Source: Octopus sinensis
Lineage: Eukaryota
Length of the DNA stretch: 41,726 bases
Direction: 5' to 3'
Assembly (NCBI RefSeq): GCF_006345805.1
Contig: NW_021824702.1
Coordinates: 1 to 41,726 of the forward strand
Below are positions 36,390-41,726 of the stretch, piece after piece. Within the stretch, counting starts at the first letter, position 1; every line of letters starts with the position of its first letter. The translations under genes were made by a program, and so were the position numbers. Below the pieces are notes generated by a model. That model did no database searches. It saw only the letters and a program-made list of their open reading frames with translations, and had not been told where the DNA came from.

Positions 36390-37089
36390 ATATTCGTGTA
36401 TATAAATATATCTATTTTTCATCTTTTCCTTTTCTAGATTAATTACAAGATTTACTTTATTTACCGCCCTTTGACCGTATCCTGTGAGTTACCTCCGCTG
36501 TCAACAGCACGTAAGTGAGTTTTTACTAATTTTACGTTATATTAACGCGATGCCCATTCCGCCAATGAGGAGCGCCTCTTCTTCCACCGTCTTTCATTTT
36601 CTTCTGCGATTGTTATCGCTTATGTTCCGCCATAACAGCCTCTAAAGATGATTATAAAAGCTTAACAGCTTCCATAAATTATAATTATTATTTTGCCCTA
36701 TTTATACTGAGTTCTGTTCCTTCCGTTTGTTACCACCAACGTACATTTGTATATATAATGGCTAACAGATAGTGCTTCACTACATTATTACTTGTTGGGG
36801 TTGTTTTTATCTGAAATATACGAGCAATCGATCAGACTATTTCGCAGATTATCTTCGGTGATCTCATGTCCACAGATGATTAACAAATTTGATTGTTTTT
36901 CGTCAAGTTTAGTCACTTGGTCGAAAATTGCTGGACAACTGAGATATGAAATAGGCTTGTGGTCAGTTACACTACATATATCGTATTCAAATACTGTGGC
37001 TTTGAAATGATGTTGGTTGACCTGCGTTTATCAGTCACCAGGAAACATGATAACCATCGCCTGATGATGCTAGCTATATAATAGCTGTA

Positions 37090-37335
37090 CTCTGTATTTC
37101 AATATCTAGAATTTCTCAGTTAAGCAAAACAGGCAATATCGTGACCCATTGGAATACGAAGTAGTTTTACTTCATTAGGTCATCGAACTGATGGGCATTC
37201 AGACCCTGAGTTTCCAGATACATTGGGGAAAGTGTGTAGAGTTTACCCTATTCCTTGATCTAAATGAGTGAAATTGATGATGGTAACGGTCTTTGAATGT
37301 GTTCGCTGTTAGTCTCATTTCATTCTTTTCAATGC
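37090..37335 (-). mobile_element. Penelope GIY-YIG endonuclease-region remnant
   Basis: LTANTFKDRYHHQFHSFRSRNRVNSTHFPQCIWKL and YSNGSRYCLFCLTEKF*IL match PLE motifs FK.RY..H..SF......ST.LS..IW.L and Y......C.LCL.EK..I. Confidence 0.75.
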
Positions 37336-37949
37336 CACTCAGGAATGATAGGGACTCTTGATATATAGAGAACTGGGCGGGCTGATCAATGGTATGGTGT
37401 ACGACTGCTGTACGAGACCGAATTATGTGATAAAGCTTAGTGGTTGCTCTGTATTAAAAAATATCGTGTTCCTTTAACTAAAACTATGTCCCTTACAATG
37501 CAAGCTACTGTCGTTTCGAACTGTATTTAACCACACAGTGAGAAGCTCTTCTCAAACAAGCAGGCAACAAAGTGAAAAAGTTTATTGTAATTATATATAT
37601 AAATGGAGTTAAAGACATCTGTTATTCAAATGAAAGTCGTCAATAAGACATTTTAACAAAATATGATGGATCTGTATAGTGATTAACTGAACGCTATTAA
37701 GTTTGTTTTAAAAAGTCGTTAGAGAAAATAACGTCAAAGATAACATATAAAAAGAGGAGGGGTAAAGGAAAGAAAAAAAAACAAATAAATGAGAAGTATA
37801 TAACGATATGTAATTTAAATAAAACCGTAAAGTCTTGGAAAAGATATATCTAGTGAATGTGAAATGTAAGAAGAAAATTAATGCTTAAATTATATATAAT
37901 GATAGATATCACTTATATGAACTAAAGGTGTGTTTCTGCCTTCGGTATG

Positions 37950-38620
37950 CACGCTCTATAACCATTACATAGGTTTTGTGAGTAGGGACTGAGCTTTGTT
38001 GAAACATGTATGGCCATCCACTGCATCGTCGCTCCGTTCAAAACTTTAAAACCATCTCCTGCACCTCAACGTATCCAGCAGCATTTATTCTAAGACTCTG
38101 TGGGAAGATGTGAGGTGCCATAACATGACCTTCGTTACTCATCACTCCTAAAACCATTGCAGTTACTGAAAACTTAGTGTGGATCACACTGGAGAATTCA
38201 GAAGGTTCTACACGTAATCATCTGTCATTTTTTTCTGTTGGTCTTTTGGTTTTTGGTCAAAGGTTTTTCATCAGAGAAGAACCAAAGCAAGCCTTGTTTG
38301 TGAGGCTTATTATGAATCAAAAGGTTTTCCTGTGTCTTTGCAGACATGAATTGGCCTCTCTCTTAGTACATTTGACCTGTGTCGAATGTCTTCCTGTGCA
38401 CCGCAGTTCTGACAGTTCACTCCGACACGTAAAGTTCTTCTGCGATGGGTCTCATTGATTTTCTGTGAGATCATCATCGATTATATTTAGACTCCGTTGA
38501 ATGAATTGCGGTGATCTTATAATATCTGAACGTTTAGAATCTATTTTTCTTTTCTTTTTGCTACAGATGAAACATTCTCACCGGAGGCTTTCAGTTCCAT
38601 CTGCACTTTATGTATAAAAC
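37950..38620 (-). mobile_element. DD37D/maT-type Tc1-mariner transposase remnant
   Basis: LLWFFSDEK...NDR...TKFSVTAMVLGVMSNEGHVMAPHIFPQSLRINAAGYVEV...PYMFQQSSVPTHK; both first and second catalytic-Asp contexts (FSDE, FQQD-like) are visible, with stops and frameshifts. Confidence 0.85.
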
Positions 38621-39169
38621 AAAGATCTTGCAACATTTAGAAATACCCTTCGCACTCTGTGCGTGTACCATGTGTGTGTGTGTGTGTTTGCGTGTGTACC
38701 ATGTGTGTGTGGGTGTGTGTGTGTGTGCTTACGAATCAAGCAAGTTGCATATAATCGCACGCAGTGCTTAATATAAAGCACATCAGGTTTATTTAAATAG
38801 ATTTTTTTGCTCTTTTACAAAATTATGAAAACCTCGTCAATCAATTATTACAATTAATCCCAAACTGTCGAACGTCTATCGAACATCTAATCGAACGCAT
38901 TCTAAACATAGACTGACGTATCAGTCTCTTCTCATGAATGATGCTCGACTTCTTTCTTTCTTTTGTTTTTTTTGTTTTTTTTTGTTTGTTTTTTTTTTGT
39001 TTTTTTAGTATTTTCAAATTAATCGTAGTTTTTAATAAAACAATGTGTGAAAACCTGGTCCTTACACCCAAGTCATACTTGCCTTATGAGTGTCGGCTCC
39101 GTGCGTATTTCGAGTTACATTATCAATCCTTTTTTATAAGGCGCGATGCAGGTTTTGAATACTTAGCGT

Positions 39170-39290
39170 CTTTGTCTAACCGCCCAACCCATGCCAGCAT
39201 GGAACGAGGATGTTAAATGATGCAGATGTTGAGTTTGATGACAACGACGATGTCGACGTCGACGATGATGATGATGATGATGATGTTTAT
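39170..39290 (+). mobile_element. Retroposon 3' tail fragment with (GAT)n tail
   Basis: CCCAACCCATGCCAGCATGGAAC..GGATGTTAAATGATG then (GAT)n; RTE-type tail from memory. Confidence 0.45.
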
Positions 39291-39639
39291 GAAAACATTC
39301 TCAATTAGATATTTGAGGCATTTTCCCGCTCTAAATGTACTTCTAAATCTAGAGTCGTGTATATTCTAATAAGTGTGTTACGAGTACATACTTCGTACTC
39401 ATAGAGGTCATTATGTACTCATCGGGTTTATGTACACTCGGAAGAACATTTTTGTGTACTCTTAAGTCTTCAGTTTTATCATAAGGAGAGTTCAATGTAC
39501 TCTTAAGGGGTCTTTTTTATGTACTCATAACAAGGTTAGTCTCTTTCTCTCCCTGTCTACAATGCATAAACCATTTAAGTTATAAGGAAATGATTCACTT
39601 TAGCAAAACATACACACACGCACACACAAACATGTAACC

Positions 39640-40115
39640 ACATGTGCGTCATCAATACCTTTCTTTCTACACACCCCCATACGCCCCAACACCCTCACAC
39701 ACACGCTTCCACACTACCCGTCGAACTATTGCACAAAGCAATATAAAATTTCAGCCAAATAACCAACGCCACCATACCCCCACACTTTCACCCGTCTATA
39801 CACCAACTAACATCACATACACACACACACACACAACACTCCTACTTATGCTTGCTTCCGGGTACAGGTACACAGTGATTCATGCACCTGGTCACAAGCC
39901 TGTTTCTTCCATCTAAACTCCTCTCCTAAAGCAGCCTCCCTCCTTGGTTCTCACCTTCCGTATCCTCCTGTCTTCTTCCACCCCCCTTTCTTTTTACTTT
40001 TATAAACTCATTGTTTCTCTTCCTTATTCTTCACATCCTATTCTTCTCTTTTCCTTCTGTTTTGATGAAGGACTAATATCCGAAACGTCACTTCGCTCTT
40101 TTTCTCCCTCTGCAT
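39640..40115 (+). mobile_element. PLE-like 3' region with degenerate hammerhead (40062-40089)
   Basis: CA/CT-rich segment then UUGAUGA-A-GGA CUAAUA UCC-GAAA-C-GUC; C3U substitution and poor stem I. Confidence 0.5.
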
Positions 40116-40117
40116 CA

Positions 40118-40338
40118 CTCTTTTACTTGTTTCAGTCAGTTGATTGTGGCCATGCTGGAGCACCGCATTTTAGTCGAGCAAATCGACACCAGGACTTATT
40201 CTTTTTAAGCCTGGTACTTATTCTGTCGGTCTCTTTTGCCGAACCGCTAAGTTACGGGGACGTAAACACACCAGCATCAGTTGTCAAGCGATGTTGGGGG
40301 GAGGGAACAAACACAGACACACAGACATATACACACAC

Positions 40339-40369
<31 letters not shown>

Positions 40370-40523
40370 CGACGGGCTTCTTTCAGTTTCCGTCTACCAA
40401 ATCCACTCACAAGGCTTTGGTCGGCCCGAGGCTATAGTAGAAGACACTTACCCAAGGTGCCACGCAGTGGGACTGAACTCGGAACCAAGTAGTTGGGAAG
40501 CAGGCTTTTTGTCATACAGCCAC
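40118..40523 (-). mobile_element. SINE, family D (full length)
   Basis: Colinear with 21053-21510. Confidence 0.9.
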
Positions 40524-41226
40524 GTCGATGATTAGTCAACATGAATATGTTGACTGATGCACCAATATTAGTCATTGGGATTATCCAATATTAGTCATTA
40601 GCCAATGTTATTAGAAGAATTCCCAAGTGCTGTTTATTATGTGTCGGTCTTGACGTGACCTCTTCATCGAAGCATAGACTTCACCATAGTTGCAGAAATC
40701 TTAATACCAAAACCATTAAGTTAATGCCCAAGATTGTATACTGAAAAACTGTGTGTGTGCTAATCTGCCCCGCTCTTTCTTTTGTACGTAACTGTCGCCG
40801 CTACTCTGCTTCCACCACAGTGTATAATCCCTGTTTCACTGTTTTGCCTCATCTTCTTGTCCATCATTGATCATTTTACCATTTCGCCCTACATCCCACT
40901 CACATTCTTCCTCTTTGTTTGTCACTGATTCCTTATTGTAACCAGTTTTTTTTTTATCAACAGCGCGCTCACCTTCTATCGCTTTCATATCGAATAATAT
41001 TGATTAATTTAAAAACGAAATAAAATGTTGTAGATGCACGTTCATTGTATAAACAGCCGAAACGGTTGGTATCAAGTCAGATCGAATTGTTACACTTCTA
41101 TCTTTAGACATAATGTTACAAAGGTAAAAGATCACAAGAAGGAAGGAAGTAAATAGGTTTGCAGAAAGTTTCCTACAGCACTAATTGTATGTACCAAACA
41201 CTTTATCTTATCAGACTTGATATATC

Positions 41227-41227
<1 letters not shown>

Positions 41228-41311
<84 letters not shown>

Positions 41312-41409
41312 GTGGGTGGATGGATGGATGGATGGATGGATGGATGGATGGATGGATAGATGGATGGATAGACGAACCGACAGACAATAGAGAGGGGGGA
41401 GGGAGGGAG

Positions 41410-41489
<80 letters not shown>

Positions 41490-41490
41490 C
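41228..41490. repeat. Compound (TAGA)n-(TGGA)n-(TAGA)n microsatellite
   Basis: Direct reading. Confidence 0.95.
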
Positions 41491-41726
41491 TGTGTATGTG
41501 TGTCCTTATCTTTATCCCTCGTTCCTCTTCACAACGAGTGTTGGTTTGTTTATGTCCTCATAACGACAAACGTTTCCGATAGAATAAGTACCAGACACCA
41601 AGGTACAAGGGCAATTGTAAGGAAAAACGAGTTAGGCAAGTCGCTGTACAAAAGATATTAAATATATTTAATACAAAAAATGTAGATATGTTTACATATA
41701 AAAAAAAAGTGCGACTTCCACTGAAT

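Noticed and set aside
36940-37010. TDHKP (Gypsy RNase H-like) on the minus strand
   Set aside because: An isolated five-residue match with no supporting motifs; adjacent sequence is Penelope-derived.
37041-37085. CTGATGA as a hammerhead core
   Set aside because: No GAAA-NUH half or stem I follows.
39375-39530. Recurring TGTACTC motif
   Set aside because: Irregular spacing and too short to define a repeat or element.

Overview
This is AT-rich eukaryotic DNA, packed with microsatellites and retroposon debris. The repeat repertoire resembles, from memory, a coleoid cephalopod (Octopus-like) genome; that assignment is an inference. I recognise no intact host protein-coding gene, so the window looks intronic or intergenic, and almost all ORFs in the track are translations of simple repeats. 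Supportable content: (1) several tRNA-derived SINE families; (2) decayed LINE fragments (RTE, R4/Dong-type RLE, Tx1/L1); (3) Penelope-like element (PLE) pieces, including a GIY-YIG-region remnant; (4) mariner, DD37D/maT and hAT DNA-transposon relics; (5) a ~2.6 kb (TAA)n array and three minisatellites. The most interesting signal is a set of minimal type-I hammerhead ribozyme motifs in PLE termini. One has a canonical core (10225-10270) and several carry recurrent non-canonical cores (CCGACGA, CUGUAGA). Three PLE termini form long fold-back palindromes whose turning point lies at the ribozyme. There is also a candidate regulatory cluster at ~14.0-14.8 kb (RFX X-box, ETS-CRE composite) and a duplicated splice-acceptor unit framing a candidate exon at ~2.0-2.5 kb.
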